Shown piece after piece: positions 39,601 through 49,426 of a stretch of 64,000 nt of DNA. The notes beneath the pieces were generated by a model, which saw only the letters and a program-made list of their open reading frames with translations, made no database searches and was not told the origin of the DNA. The stretch is taken from NCBI GenBank assembly GCA_040756235.1, contig JBFLZG010000008.1:16695-80694 (forward strand), read 5' to 3'. This stretch comes from a bacterium. GTDB taxonomy: Bacteria; Desulfobacterota; DSWW01. Positions within the stretch are counted from its first letter, which is position 1, and every line of letters starts with the position of its first letter. Made by a program: the position numbers and the translations under genes.

Positions 39601-42600
39601 CCGGAAATGGAGGACCATCGCTATCAGATGGGGCTCCTCCACCAGGGAAAGGGCAACCGCTACGAGCGGCGCCTGCTGCGCAAGGACGGCAGCGAGTGCC
39701 GCTGCCTGATCTCGGCCATGCCCCTGCACGACGAGCGGGGCCGTTTCGCCGGCTCCTTCGCCATGTTCACCGACATCACGGCCCGGGTGATCGCCGAGAC
39801 GCGGCTCCGGGACCGGGAAGAACAGCTCCGCCAGCTCTTCGACAACATGAGCAGCGGCGCCGCGGTCTACCAGGCGGTCGACGGCGGCCGGGACTTCATC
39901 ATCCTGGACGTCAACCGCGCGGTGGAGCGCATCGAGCACGTGGCCAGGGAGGAGGTGTTGGGCCGGCGCGTGACCGAGGCGTTTCCCGGGGTCGCCGAGC
40001 TCGGTCTGCTGGCGGTGTTGCAGCGCGTGTGGCGGACCGGCGAGGCGGAGCAGTTGCCCGCCGGGTGGTACCAGGACGCGCTCGTGGCCGGCTGGCGGGA
40101 GAACTACGTCTACCGCTTGCCCAACGGAGATGTCGTCGTGATCTACGACGACGTCACGGAGCGCAAGCGGGCGCAGGAGGCCCTGGAGGATCAGACGCGC
40201 CTGCTGTCCACCGTGCTGGACGGCATCCCCGACATCATCGGCGTGCAGAAGCCCGACTACACCCTGCTGCGGTACAACCAGAAAGGATACGAGTTTCTCG
40301 GCCTGCCGCCTTCCCAGGTCTGCGGACGGAAATGCTACGAGCTGATGGGCCAGGGCATGCCGTGTGAAGAGTGCGCGACCCGCGCGGCACTGGCTACCAA
40401 GCGGGTCGCAACCGTCGAGAAGCTCCTGCCCGAGCGCGGCATGTGGATTGCGGCCCGCTCCATCCCGGTGCTCGACGACCGGGGAGAAGTCGTCCTCGTG
40501 GTCGAACAGCTGCGGGACATCACCGAACGCAAGCGCATGGTCCAGCAACTGGACCGCCAGAGGGCCTTGCTCAGCAGCCTGGTCGATTCCATCCCCGACC
40601 TCATCTCTTACAAGGACAAGAGCGGGGTCTACCTCGGGTGCAATCCGGCCTTCGCGGAGTTCGTCGGCCGCACGCGCGCAGAGATCATCGGCCGCACGGA
40701 CTACGACCTCTTCGGGATGAGCGTGGCGGATTCCTTCCGTGCCCACGACCGCGAGATGACCGAGATCAACGGACCGCGACGCGACGACGAGTGGGTGACC
40801 TACGCGGACGGCCGCCGCGTTCTGCTCGATACCCTGAAGACTCCCTACTGGGGACCGGACGGCGAAATCCTGGGGGTGCTCGGAATCAGCCGGGACATCA
40901 CCGAACGGCAGCATATCCAGCAGCAGTTGCTGGCCAGCAAGAAGGAAGTCGAGACCATCATGGACCTGGTGCAGAGCGGCATCATGGTCCTGGACGCACG
41001 CACGCACGCGATCCTCAAAGCCAATCCTGCAGCCTGCAAGTTGATCGGCCTTCCTCGCGACAAGATCGTCGGCATGACCTGCCATCGATTCATCACTCCG
41101 GTAAGCCCGGGACAATGCCCCGCTTCCGACCAACGGCAGTCCATGGTCAACGCCGAACGCGTGCTGCTTCGGGCCGACGGGACCGAGGTCCCCATCCTCA
41201 AGACCGTCGTGCCGGTCAAGCTCTCCGGCAGGGAGTGCCTGCTGGAGTCGTTCATGGACCTGAGCGTGCAGATGCGGCAGGCCGAGGAGCTGCTCTCGGC
41301 CCTGGCCCAGGCCAAGACCCTGAACCAACAGCTCGAGCAGCAGACCTCGCGCGCAACGGAGCTGGCGGCCGAGGCGATGGTGGCGAACGTGGCCAAGAGC
41401 GAGTTCCTGGCCCACATGAGCCATGAGCTCCGCACGCCGATGAACGGGGTCATCGGCATGGCCGAGCTGCTGCTGGACGGCCCGCTGGACGGGGAACAGC
41501 GACCCTATGCCGAAACCGTGCTGGCCAGCGCCGAAGCCCTGCAGGCCATCCTCGACGACATCCTGGACTTCTCCAAGATCGAGGCGGGCAAGCTCGAGAT
41601 CCGGAAGCTGGAGCTCGACCTGTCGGCCGTGCTCGACGACTTCGCCGACCTGATGGCCGTGCGCGCCTGGGAAAAGGGGCTGGAGCTCGTCTGCGCAGCG
41701 GCCCCGGACGTGCCGGCACGGCTCCAGGGGGATCCCGGCCGCCTGCGCCAGGTGCTCGTCAACCTGGCTGACAACGCGGTCAAGTTCACCCTGAAGGGCG
41801 AGGTGGTGGTGCGCACCGTTCTCGTATCGGAGTCGGGGGATGAGGCCGTGCTGCGCTTCTCGGTGCGGGATACCGGCATCGGCATCCCGCAGGACAAGCA
41901 ACGCCTGATCTTCAACAGTTTCACCCAGGTCGATGCCTCGATCGCGCGCCGCTACGGGGGAACAGGGCTGGGGCTGGCTATCTCCAAGTACCTGGCCGAG
42001 GCGATGGGCGGTGAGATCGGCGTGACCAGCGACCCGGGCAAAGGCTCCGAATTCTGGTTCACGGCGCGCTTCGCCAGACAGCCGCAACGGGAGAGCCCGG
42101 ATGCACCCGCGGGAGCGCGCGCATCGCACATCCTGGTGGTCGACGACAACGCCTCCAACCGCGAGATGATGACGATTCAGCTCCGGGCCTGGGGGGCGAA
42201 CGCGGCCGAGGCGGCCGACGGCGCGGCGGCCCTGGGGCTGCTGCGGGAGGCGGCCGCCTCCGGGGATCCGTTCCGGCTCGCGATCGTGGACATGCAGATG
42301 CCGGGCATGGACGGCGCATCTCTGGGCCGGGCCATCCGGGCCGACCCAAGGCTCCACGAAACGCGCCTGGCCATCATGACCTCTCCCGATCAGCAGAGCC
42401 TGGGCCGGGGATTGGTGGAGGCCGGCTTTTCCGCCTCCCTTCCCAAGCCGGTGCGGCCGTCCGCCATGGCTCAATGCCTTGCCTCGGTTCTGGGCGGTCG
42501 GGTCGAGCGGCAAGAGGCCCCGTGCGCCGGCGTCGGGCCCCGCAAGATGAAAACCCGACGCGGCACCGTCCGCATCCTCCTGGCCGAGGACAACGTCTCC

Positions 42601-43368
42601 AACCAGCAGGTGGCCGCGGGAATCCTGAAGAAGCTCGGCTTTGGCGTCGATGCAGTGGCCGACGGCGCGGAAGCGGTCCAGGCCCTCGAGCGCCTGCCCT
42701 ATGACCTGGTGTTGATGGACGTGCGCATGCCGGACACGGACGGTCTCGAAGCCACGCGTCGCATCCGCAGTGCGCAGTCCGCCGTGCTCAACCGGGACAT
42801 CCCCATCATCGCCCTGACCGCACACGCCATGCAGAGCGACCGGGAGAGGTGCCTGCAGGCCGGGATGAACGACTACATCTCGAAGCCGGTCAGACCGCAG
42901 ACGCTGGTCGAGATCATCGACAAGTGGCTGCCGCCGGAAACGCAGGACGCTGCGCCGCAAACGCCCGTCGCACTTCCGGCGCAAGCACCTGCGGCGGCTG
43001 CGCAACCGCAGGAGCGCGAGGCCGTGGTGTTCGACCGTCAGGCGCTGGTCGAGCGCTTGCTGGGCGACGCGGGGTTGATCCGCACCATCCTCGCCGGGTT
43101 CCTGGATGACCTGCCGAAACAGATGGACCGGCTCAGGGAGCTCGTAGCCGGGGGCCGGGCGGAGGCGGCTGTGGCGCAGGCCCACAAGATCAAGGGGGCC
43201 GCGGCAAACGTGGGCGGTGAGGCGCTCAAGGAAGCGGCCGCCGCAATGGAAAGAGAGGGCAAGACCGGCGGCCGTGAGGCCCTGGTCGCACGGGCGCCCG
43301 CTCTGGAACGGCAGGCCGCCCGGCTGCAGGAGGCCATCGAGGAGTTCCAGAATCTGAACGAACCGTGA
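36658..43368 (+). CDS. Multi-sensor hybrid histidine kinase (multi-TM, CHASE-like, several PAS, HisKA, HATPase, 2 REC, Hpt)
   Basis: YFPVLFVEP..GFDM CHASE-like; repeated DITER PAS/PAC ends; MSHELRTPMN; YGGTGLGL; two receivers; AHKIKGAAAN Hpt. Confidence 0.95.
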   Translation: MTENLDYIHLVYGSSFLLLGLLAYGRRREGPRALPWALLAWFGLLHGMHEWLELLALGIRDAAAFEAARLAFLAASFAALFEFGRTGLEAQGARPPGRLVLLPLLALAASGGLAGTSGLDPGCRYALGLPGALLAGWALLRASHAPAQKEGVRAGLALAGAAMLGYSLPTGLVVPRASFFPASVLNAEGFLATLGFPVQLLRTLCAACAAAGLWLVFRRSPGTVEDRPGLIRSWALAAALATVLAAGWWGAGWSGRVHDAGRRAELLAQARGIAATVNPSRAKALAFTGADLGNPAFSRLEVQLKSYHPLMTAGVRGIYTLALRNDEVRFGPQSRPRGDPLASLPGESYQKPPAELLEVFRSRQARTVGPYADERGTLLSALAPVIDPRTGETLLVVGLDVEASDWERQIARHRLPALLFTLVLTALLLGGAALLRRPAALDVRAQPFWMRHFEPGLAALCGLLLSAAASLAAHDNETRSRGAVFEQVAEAQAAQFRQILHDLRAELYGLARFLESAREIAADEFRAYALPLARSESVHAYGWVPCVPAEGKQAFEIEARRQGPAAYAIFRRDAAGARLPADGRGPYFPVLFVEPLAAKERVLGFDMGSETVRRAAIEEAARSGFPTATDPVGLVIATGRPSSQLVFHPVFSTRQDGSLRGFALQVLSMESLLKQTFAAVSSSQVAVDLLLLEPGRPAALLASTDPEDTRNHEGTAGILHRDAHAAFTSPVFAFGKAYALVIYPGPGLLTARPGRAGRLVFLVGLVLTALATARIGAAAGRRRELERQVAARTAALRESEEKFRLLFENALVGVMLHEIIRDEQGAPSDYLFVEANAAFETLTGRRLSEALGKKVKAGFGFGVIRHTPLISVFDQVARTGEPVLLEQFIAPLGRHYLMNVLRIGERRMGTVFLDITERKRVEQTLRESEERNRRIVETANEGVWSIDADHRTTFVNPTMARMLGYETDRMLGVPLERFLPPPEMEDHRYQMGLLHQGKGNRYERRLLRKDGSECRCLISAMPLHDERGRFAGSFAMFTDITARVIAETRLRDREEQLRQLFDNMSSGAAVYQAVDGGRDFIILDVNRAVERIEHVAREEVLGRRVTEAFPGVAELGLLAVLQRVWRTGEAEQLPAGWYQDALVAGWRENYVYRLPNGDVVVIYDDVTERKRAQEALEDQTRLLSTVLDGIPDIIGVQKPDYTLLRYNQKGYEFLGLPPSQVCGRKCYELMGQGMPCEECATRAALATKRVATVEKLLPERGMWIAARSIPVLDDRGEVVLVVEQLRDITERKRMVQQLDRQRALLSSLVDSIPDLISYKDKSGVYLGCNPAFAEFVGRTRAEIIGRTDYDLFGMSVADSFRAHDREMTEINGPRRDDEWVTYADGRRVLLDTLKTPYWGPDGEILGVLGISRDITERQHIQQQLLASKKEVETIMDLVQSGIMVLDARTHAILKANPAACKLIGLPRDKIVGMTCHRFITPVSPGQCPASDQRQSMVNAERVLLRADGTEVPILKTVVPVKLSGRECLLESFMDLSVQMRQAEELLSALAQAKTLNQQLEQQTSRATELAAEAMVANVAKSEFLAHMSHELRTPMNGVIGMAELLLDGPLDGEQRPYAETVLASAEALQAILDDILDFSKIEAGKLEIRKLELDLSAVLDDFADLMAVRAWEKGLELVCAAAPDVPARLQGDPGRLRQVLVNLADNAVKFTLKGEVVVRTVLVSESGDEAVLRFSVRDTGIGIPQDKQRLIFNSFTQVDASIARRYGGTGLGLAISKYLAEAMGGEIGVTSDPGKGSEFWFTARFARQPQRESPDAPAGARASHILVVDDNASNREMMTIQLRAWGANAAEAADGAAALGLLREAAASGDPFRLAIVDMQMPGMDGASLGRAIRADPRLHETRLAIMTSPDQQSLGRGLVEAGFSASLPKPVRPSAMAQCLASVLGGRVERQEAPCAGVGPRKMKTRRGTVRILLAEDNVSNQQVAAGILKKLGFGVDAVADGAEAVQALERLPYDLVLMDVRMPDTDGLEATRRIRSAQSAVLNRDIPIIALTAHAMQSDRERCLQAGMNDYISKPVRPQTLVEIIDKWLPPETQDAAPQTPVALPAQAPAAAAQPQEREAVVFDRQALVERLLGDAGLIRTILAGFLDDLPKQMDRLRELVAGGRAEAAVAQAHKIKGAAANVGGEALKEAAAAMEREGKTGGREALVARAPALERQAARLQEAIEEFQNLNEP

Positions 43369-43496
43369 ACGAACCGCCTGGAATCAGGGCAGCAGACAAA
43401 GAGCTCCGGGACTCTTCTCCCCCCTTTCGCAATGGGGGGAATGCTCTTGGACACCCACGCACGCGTCGCCCTCCTCCGGCCGATTCCAGCGGCCTG

Positions 43497-44198
43497 CTAC
43501 AACCGCTTGAGCCACCGTCTCAGCAGCTCCGTCACCTCATCCGGCCTTTCCAGCGGGGAGAGGTGGCCGCACGCATCGATGACTGCGAGATCCGCGCCCG
43601 GGATTCTTCCGGCCATCTCTTCGTGCACCTCGGCTGGGGTGATCGCGTCCTCCCGTCCGCACGCCACGAGGGTCGGGCACGCGATCGCGGGAAGCAAGGG
43701 ACGGGAGTCGGCACGCCCCATGATGGCCCGTTCCTGTCGCAGGAAGGCCTCCTTCCCGACCCTGCGGGCCATGTCGCGGACTACGTCCGCGACCGCGCGG
43801 TCGTTCCGCCTCGACGGATGCAACAGCCTCGGCAGCAGGGTTTCCGTGACCGCCGGGAAATCCGTCTCGGCCAGGTGCAGCAGCCGCCGACGGGCCTCCG
43901 TCGCTTCCGGAGCGTCGGGCCGCGCGGAGGTATCGAGCAAGGCGAGCGCCGCCACACGCTCCGGCGCCTGGCGGATGATTTCCAGCGCCACGTAGCCTCC
44001 CATCGAGAGGCCGGCCAACGCAAAGCTCCCACCGGGAGCCTGTCTCAAAACGCCTGCGGCAAGCGCAGCGATAGAGTCCGCTCCGGTGAGGTCCGGCACG
44101 AAGGCCGCAGCTCGTCCCGACAGGCCGGCGATCTGGCGGCTCCACAGGCGGGCATCGTTCAGCAGGCCCTGCAGGAGCACGAGAGTCACGCTGTTCAT
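43497..44198 (-). CDS. Alpha/beta hydrolase
   Basis: GLSMGG nucleophile elbow; GREDAITP; CGHLSPLE. Confidence 0.92.
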   Translation of the reverse strand: MNSVTLVLLQGLLNDARLWSRQIAGLSGRAAAFVPDLTGADSIAALAAGVLRQAPGGSFALAGLSMGGYVALEIIRQAPERVAALALLDTSARPDAPEATEARRRLLHLAETDFPAVTETLLPRLLHPSRRNDRAVADVVRDMARRVGKEAFLRQERAIMGRADSRPLLPAIACPTLVACGREDAITPAEVHEEMAGRIPGADLAVIDACGHLSPLERPDEVTELLRRWLKRL

Positions 44199-44410
44199 GT
44201 ACCACTCGCTCGACCCAATCGAGCTTGCCCGGACTGAAGGCACATGGCAACCGCCCGGTTACAGGGAACTCGTCAGGCTCGCGGCTCCGTAACCGTGGTT
44301 GGTGGACACGCCTGCGGCTTTGTCCATCCTACCGAGTGCTCACGCCGCTCGTTCTGAGCCCGAGACGATCGAGGCGGGCACCCACCGCACGATCCGGTCC
44401 CTCGCCCTCG

Positions 44411-46204
44411 TCACTCCAGCTCGAGCCATCCGAACCACGCCGGATGGTTCTCGCGATACCATTGCAGGACCTCGCGCAGCGCCACCTGCTTTTCCGGTGT
44501 GATCACGTCGGCCGGAATGCGATCGAAGCAGACCCGGATGCGGTTCTCCCCCAGGTGCTCCAGGGCTTCCGAGCAGAGGGTCTGCAGCTCGTTGCGAATG
44601 CGCCCGGAGTCGGAAATCTTCACCGCCCGGTTCCGGTAGTTCTCTCCCTGCATGAAGCGTTTGAGCAGCGGGTTGAACACCAGCCGGCTCTGCTCGAACG
44701 ACTCCATGAGGCGCAGCGCCACGGTCGTGCGGTGGTCGCCCCGGGGCGTGGTGAAGCGGACCGAGACCTCGAACACGTTCTCCGAGAGCTTCCGCACCCC
44801 GGGCGCACCGGAATAGGGGTCGGGCAGCATGTAGCCGGAAACCGCCATGACGTTCCAGCGTTTCTCCGGAAAGAAGTCATCCGCTCGGAGCACGCGCTTG
44901 TGCGTCGGCAGCCCCGCCTCGCGCGCCGCTCGAATCATCTTTCGATAGGAAGACAGGGTCGCCTCGCCGAGCGCTTCACCGAAGATCGAGGACAGACCGC
45001 GGCCGAAGTCCGCCGCATCCGGATCGAGCCGCATCACCCGGGCCTCGCGTTCGAAGCTCAGCTCGAACTTGGACGAGAAGAGCGCCAGGGAGTCGTCCAG
45101 CGCCAGAAGCGGGCACAGGCTCGAAGCCTGCATGGCCTCCGCCGAAGCGGCATAGCCGTCGATCAGAAACACATGCATCTCGCCGGCGTCTCCCTGCCAC
45201 GCGCCCACGGAAAAGGTCGGAGCGTAAGTGCCGGAATCGGTGAACGCCGGCTGGCCGCTCGGCAGGCGCCAGCCGTCCTCGACCAGGTGGACCCCCAGTG
45301 ACCTCCACTCCTCCCACAGCTTTCCGATGCGCGACTCCCGCGTCTTCCCGCTGAGCGTCCAGACGTGCACGTTCGCGGGCTCGATGCCCGGGTAGGCCGC
45401 CCGGATCGCCGCCAGCACCTGTGCACGGGGCGCAAAGAAGTCGACGAGGACCGCCTTTTCGGCGGCCTTCTCCACGACCGCGCGCGGCAGGAGCAGGGCC
45501 CCCATGTAGCCCTCATAAGGCTTGGAGATGCACAGGGGCTGATCGAACAAGTGCAGGACGGTCAGGGGACCGCTGGGGTGCCCTGCCGCAAAGCGGGAAG
45601 TATTTTCCAGGGTATCGATCGCGGCTCCCCACACCGTGATGCCGGCCTTCTTGACTTCGTCATAGAACTCTTCCCACCGGTACTCCCGGGAATTGATCAG
45701 TCTCTGCACCCTGGCGTCCAGGAACTTGGCAACCTGAGGCCGGGCATAGATCCGGCCGAAGCCGAGCATGGGATTGGAGCCCATCTCGGGCGTTTCCCCC
45801 CCCTTGGGCATCAGGCCCTCTCCCAGGCAGACCATGATGGCATGGTTCTCGGGCAGGGATCTCGAAAGGAACCACAGGCTCTCGCTCATGGCATAGGCGG
45901 AGACCGAGTCCGCGTCCTTCTTGACCTGGTTGATCGCCTTCTTGTCGAGCCCCTTTCCCTCGCCATACCGGCCGAACAGCCGCGTCCCCAGGGCGGTCAC
46001 CGCGGCCGTCAAGATGAAGAGCCGCTCCATGCGCCTCTCGACGAAGGAGATGCTCTCGTTGAACCCCACCGATTCCTTGCCCCGGAACCATTCGACCCGG
46101 ACGTCTTCGAGCCAGAGGTGGAAACGCCCGAGAATCGGACGGGTGTCGAAGGACCACTGAGCGACCTTGTTCTTCTTCTTCATGACTTCGGAAGGCTCTG
46201 GCAT
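44411..46204 (-). CDS. Hypothetical protein with divergent GlpX (FBPase class II)-like motifs
   Basis: About 597-aa ORF with GGAG RBS; DADSVSAYAM, VCLGEG, IDTLENT parallel the GlpX ADxAAVxAM, VIGEG, VDPLEGT motifs. Confidence 0.6.
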   Translation of the reverse strand: MPEPSEVMKKKNKVAQWSFDTRPILGRFHLWLEDVRVEWFRGKESVGFNESISFVERRMERLFILTAAVTALGTRLFGRYGEGKGLDKKAINQVKKDADSVSAYAMSESLWFLSRSLPENHAIMVCLGEGLMPKGGETPEMGSNPMLGFGRIYARPQVAKFLDARVQRLINSREYRWEEFYDEVKKAGITVWGAAIDTLENTSRFAAGHPSGPLTVLHLFDQPLCISKPYEGYMGALLLPRAVVEKAAEKAVLVDFFAPRAQVLAAIRAAYPGIEPANVHVWTLSGKTRESRIGKLWEEWRSLGVHLVEDGWRLPSGQPAFTDSGTYAPTFSVGAWQGDAGEMHVFLIDGYAASAEAMQASSLCPLLALDDSLALFSSKFELSFEREARVMRLDPDAADFGRGLSSIFGEALGEATLSSYRKMIRAAREAGLPTHKRVLRADDFFPEKRWNVMAVSGYMLPDPYSGAPGVRKLSENVFEVSVRFTTPRGDHRTTVALRLMESFEQSRLVFNPLLKRFMQGENYRNRAVKISDSGRIRNELQTLCSEALEHLGENRIRVCFDRIPADVITPEKQVALREVLQWYRENHPAWFGWLELE

Positions 46205-47010
46205 TTCTCCATCTCCCGGATGAGCTGCTGATTCGTTCTCGTCGGAGCTTCCCGTGCGCCGATCTGCCCCAGAACGCATGCAGGAGCGCGCTCACCCCCC
46301 GGCCCCTGCCCCCTCCGGCGCCGGACACCCGATCCGGCGGTCTCGACATCTAACAGGCGGCTGAAAAACGCCTCTGAGAATAAAACAGAAATGGCCTTCC
46401 AATGCAATGGAGGGAAGCTTCCTGCTGCTCGGCAGTGAGGGCAAGGCGATGAGGAAACGGCTTGATTCTTCGAATCGAGCCGCTGTTCAGCCGTTCTGCG
46501 GGCAGGCGAGGTATGGCAGCAGGCCGATCAGGCCGGGGAAGGAGTCCAAGAACGTGCATGCCGCTCAAGAAAGTCCGCACACAAGGAGCATGAGACCCTG
46601 GAAACGGTGCGACGGCCAGCTAGCCCAGGAAGATCTCGGGTGCGTCGGCGACAGCGGGTGGAACGGCCAGGGTGGGGTATTGCAGCTCCTCTCTCTTCTC
46701 CGCTGCGGATCGGTCCGCGCTCGACCCGTTCAGCTTGCGGAGATCCCGACTGGAGCCCTTCTTGGCACTTGGAGCTTTGGGGTTGGTTTGCGATTCCATA
46801 AAATGCCCTCTCCTCCCCATCGGTCTTGTCGTAAATGTCTTGCGTGAAAGTCGGTTAAGTGTAGCGGGAATCGGCCGCCGGCGTAATCAGGTGAATCCTG
46901 TATTTGGCACCCAGGGAGGCCTTAGTTTCCGAGGGGGTATACGGGGAAATACCCAGGTCCTTCCGACCGGCGGCAGAGAGGATTCGGCGACCCCCTCCGC
47001 CGTACGCTCA

Positions 47011-47286
47011 TCACTGGATTCCCAGCAGGAACCCGTTGATGATCAGGAGGCAAGCCCACCCGCAAAGGGAGGAATCTCTCCGAGCTGCAGGCAGGAGGTC
47101 GGCCGGGAGCAGACCCGACAGGATCTCCTCCACACCGGTCGTCCTTTCTCCCTTGAACAGACCCTGCACATCCCGGACGATCTTCTCCCGGTATCTTCTC
47201 GCGAGCTCCTCGAGAGCGCCTTCCAGCCCGTTCTGCACCATCTCGACCAGCTCGGACTCGGAAGAGCAGGAGAGATTCAACGGCAT
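47011..47286 (-). pseudogene. Possible N-terminal fragment of an ECF sigma factor
   Basis: SESELVEMVQNGLEGALEELARRYREKI resembles the ECF N-terminus; no region-4 HTH; AT-richer surroundings. Confidence 0.4.
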
Positions 47287-47482
47287 GAGCCTTGCTCCAC
47301 AATTCATGATACGATGCCTCCCGCCTGACTCTCAGAGGGTTTTCTGGGGATGATCGATAGTAACAAACATTGTATGAGTGGACAGAGGATCTTCCTATAA
47401 GGTGATGCCCCCATCCGAGCCTCGACACCATCGTATTTTTCGAGCGAAATCCTCTATTTCCACGTAGGGTTTGTCCGGAACC

Positions 47483-48010
47483 ATGAAAACAAGAGATGAA
47501 GATCCCCCGGTGAGCCGCCCCGTGAGGATCGATCGGATCGTCTCGGGCGGTCAGACCGGTGCCGATCGTGCGGCCCTCGACGCCGCCATCGAGCTGGATG
47601 TCCCTCACGGCGGCTGGGTCCCAAGGGGCAGACGGACCGAGGACGGATCCCTTCCCGCGCGCTACCGCCTGAAGGAGACGGAATCACCGAGCTACCCTCA
47701 GAGGACCGAGCGGAACGTGCTGGATTCGGACGGCACGTTGATCTTCTCCCACGGCCGGCTCGGCAGCGGATCCGCTCTCACCGGGAGACTGGCAGGCAGA
47801 CACGGAAAACCGTGGCTCCATCTGGACCTGGACGACATGACGGCGGCACAGGCGGCGCAGGCGGCCATCCGCTGGATCCGGGCGTGCGGCGTCCGCGTGC
47901 TGAACGTGGCCGGCCCCAGGGCGAGCGAAGACCGGCTCATCTACGACGGCGTGCGGGCGGTCCTGCGCGTGGTGATAGCGGAATGCGGGGGTGCTGAACC
48001 TTCATCCTAA
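47483..48010 (+). CDS. Circularly permuted YpsA SLOG-family protein (putative molybdenum carrier)
   Basis: IVSGGQTGADRAALDAA; GGWVPRGR.TEDG; RTERNVLDSDGTL; LNVAGPRAS. Confidence 0.9.
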   Translation: MKTRDEDPPVSRPVRIDRIVSGGQTGADRAALDAAIELDVPHGGWVPRGRRTEDGSLPARYRLKETESPSYPQRTERNVLDSDGTLIFSHGRLGSGSALTGRLAGRHGKPWLHLDLDDMTAAQAAQAAIRWIRACGVRVLNVAGPRASEDRLIYDGVRAVLRVVIAECGGAEPSS

Positions 48011-49353
48011 CCAGTGCAGTCGTCCGGGAAGTCGATCGGCGCATCCGAGGGCTTGAGATTGCCCGTGCCCAAGACCTGGATGATGCGATCCCGGGTAGCG
48101 GGGGAGCCGCCGTCCCGGTCGATCGCCCTGGGCCGGATGATTTCCTCGGTCTCGGAGTAGGTCTCCCGGGCGATCTGGACCGGAACGTACTGAAACCCGG
48201 AGAGAAACGTACCTTCAGCGCTCCGTTTCACCCCGATGTAGAAGATCGCGGTCGCTTCGACTCCCGGTACGAGATCTCCGGGGCCGCCCGTGATGTTTCC
48301 CAGGCTGTAGAAGACTACTGTCTCACGACCGTCCGTGGCGACCAGCTTCTGCGCGGGCTGCAGGACGTGGGGGTGATGGCCCAGGACGACGTCCGCCCCG
48401 GCGTCCGCAAGCGCCTGCGCCAGCTCTCTCTGAAACGGGCTGACGGTAGCCGTGTTTTCAACGCCCCAGTGCGTGGAAACGATGACCAGGTCCGCGCCGC
48501 TCTCGTTGCGGGCTCGTGCGACGCTCTGTAAGGCTCTCTCCGGGTCGTCCTCGACGCGGACGACCTGCCGGTCGAGGTCCGGACCGCCCAGCTCGGGAGA
48601 CACGCCGTTCAGCGGCTTCGTGAAAGCCACGAAGGCCACCCGCATGCCTTCGACCTCCAGGGAAATATACGGGCTGTTGTCCGGGTAGTCGTCTCCGTCC
48701 AAGTCGACGATCTCATTGCTCCGGTAAGTGCCGGCAAAGGGAAGGCCGCCTGCACGCAATGCATCGATGGTGCGATCGATGCCGTTCAAGGCCCGGTCGA
48801 GCGCGTGGTTGTTGGCCGTGCTCGCGGCATCCCAGCCTGCCTCGCGCAACGCGCGCGCCAGAAGGGGGTGAGCGTTGAAGTTGGGTACGAGCAGCATCAA
48901 GAAACAGCCGTCGTAGGCGTTTCCATCATAAAGGACCCCTTCCTCGACCTCGACCTCGTGCGCGTAAGTGCGATCGTTCGGCCCTGCATAGAACTGCGGC
49001 ACCAGATCCTCGGCGATCGGTGTTTCCAGGTTGCCCAATAGCAGGTCGGCCCGGTCCAGATCGGGCTGGACTCTCTCGAACAGGCGGGTGAAGCCGCTGA
49101 CGATCCTGTCGTCCGGATCTCCGGCAAGAGGATCCGCGAGAAGAGCGGCCAACCTTTGCATGCCGTCATCCATCATGATGTCTCCAACGGCGCCGATCGT
49201 CATCTCGTTCCCCTCCCGACAAGCGCCCGCGAAAGTGAGCGTACCCGGCGGCTCCGACGGCGGCAGCGGCCTACAGGATCCCTGCCCCAGAAGAAACATG
49301 CCGGACAGAAGGGCGATTCCGATCCGAGCCGGAGCGCGATCCTTCGCGAGCAT
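48007..49353 (-). CDS. CapA/PGA_cap-family metallophosphatase, probable lipoprotein
   Basis: AVGDIM; GNLETP; ANNHALD; HWGVE; GHHPHVLQP; YSLGN; signal peptide ending QGSC. Confidence 0.92.
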   Translation of the reverse strand: MLAKDRAPARIGIALLSGMFLLGQGSCRPLPPSEPPGTLTFAGACREGNEMTIGAVGDIMMDDGMQRLAALLADPLAGDPDDRIVSGFTRLFERVQPDLDRADLLLGNLETPIAEDLVPQFYAGPNDRTYAHEVEVEEGVLYDGNAYDGCFLMLLVPNFNAHPLLARALREAGWDAASTANNHALDRALNGIDRTIDALRAGGLPFAGTYRSNEIVDLDGDDYPDNSPYISLEVEGMRVAFVAFTKPLNGVSPELGGPDLDRQVVRVEDDPERALQSVARARNESGADLVIVSTHWGVENTATVSPFQRELAQALADAGADVVLGHHPHVLQPAQKLVATDGRETVVFYSLGNITGGPGDLVPGVEATAIFYIGVKRSAEGTFLSGFQYVPVQIARETYSETEEIIRPRAIDRDGGSPATRDRIIQVLGTGNLKPSDAPIDFPDDCTG

Positions 49354-49426
49354 GGGGACCTCCTCAGAAGCACCCGAGCGACCGACGGCATGATTGCTCT
49401 CGAGGCTTCATATACCAAAGTTCTGA

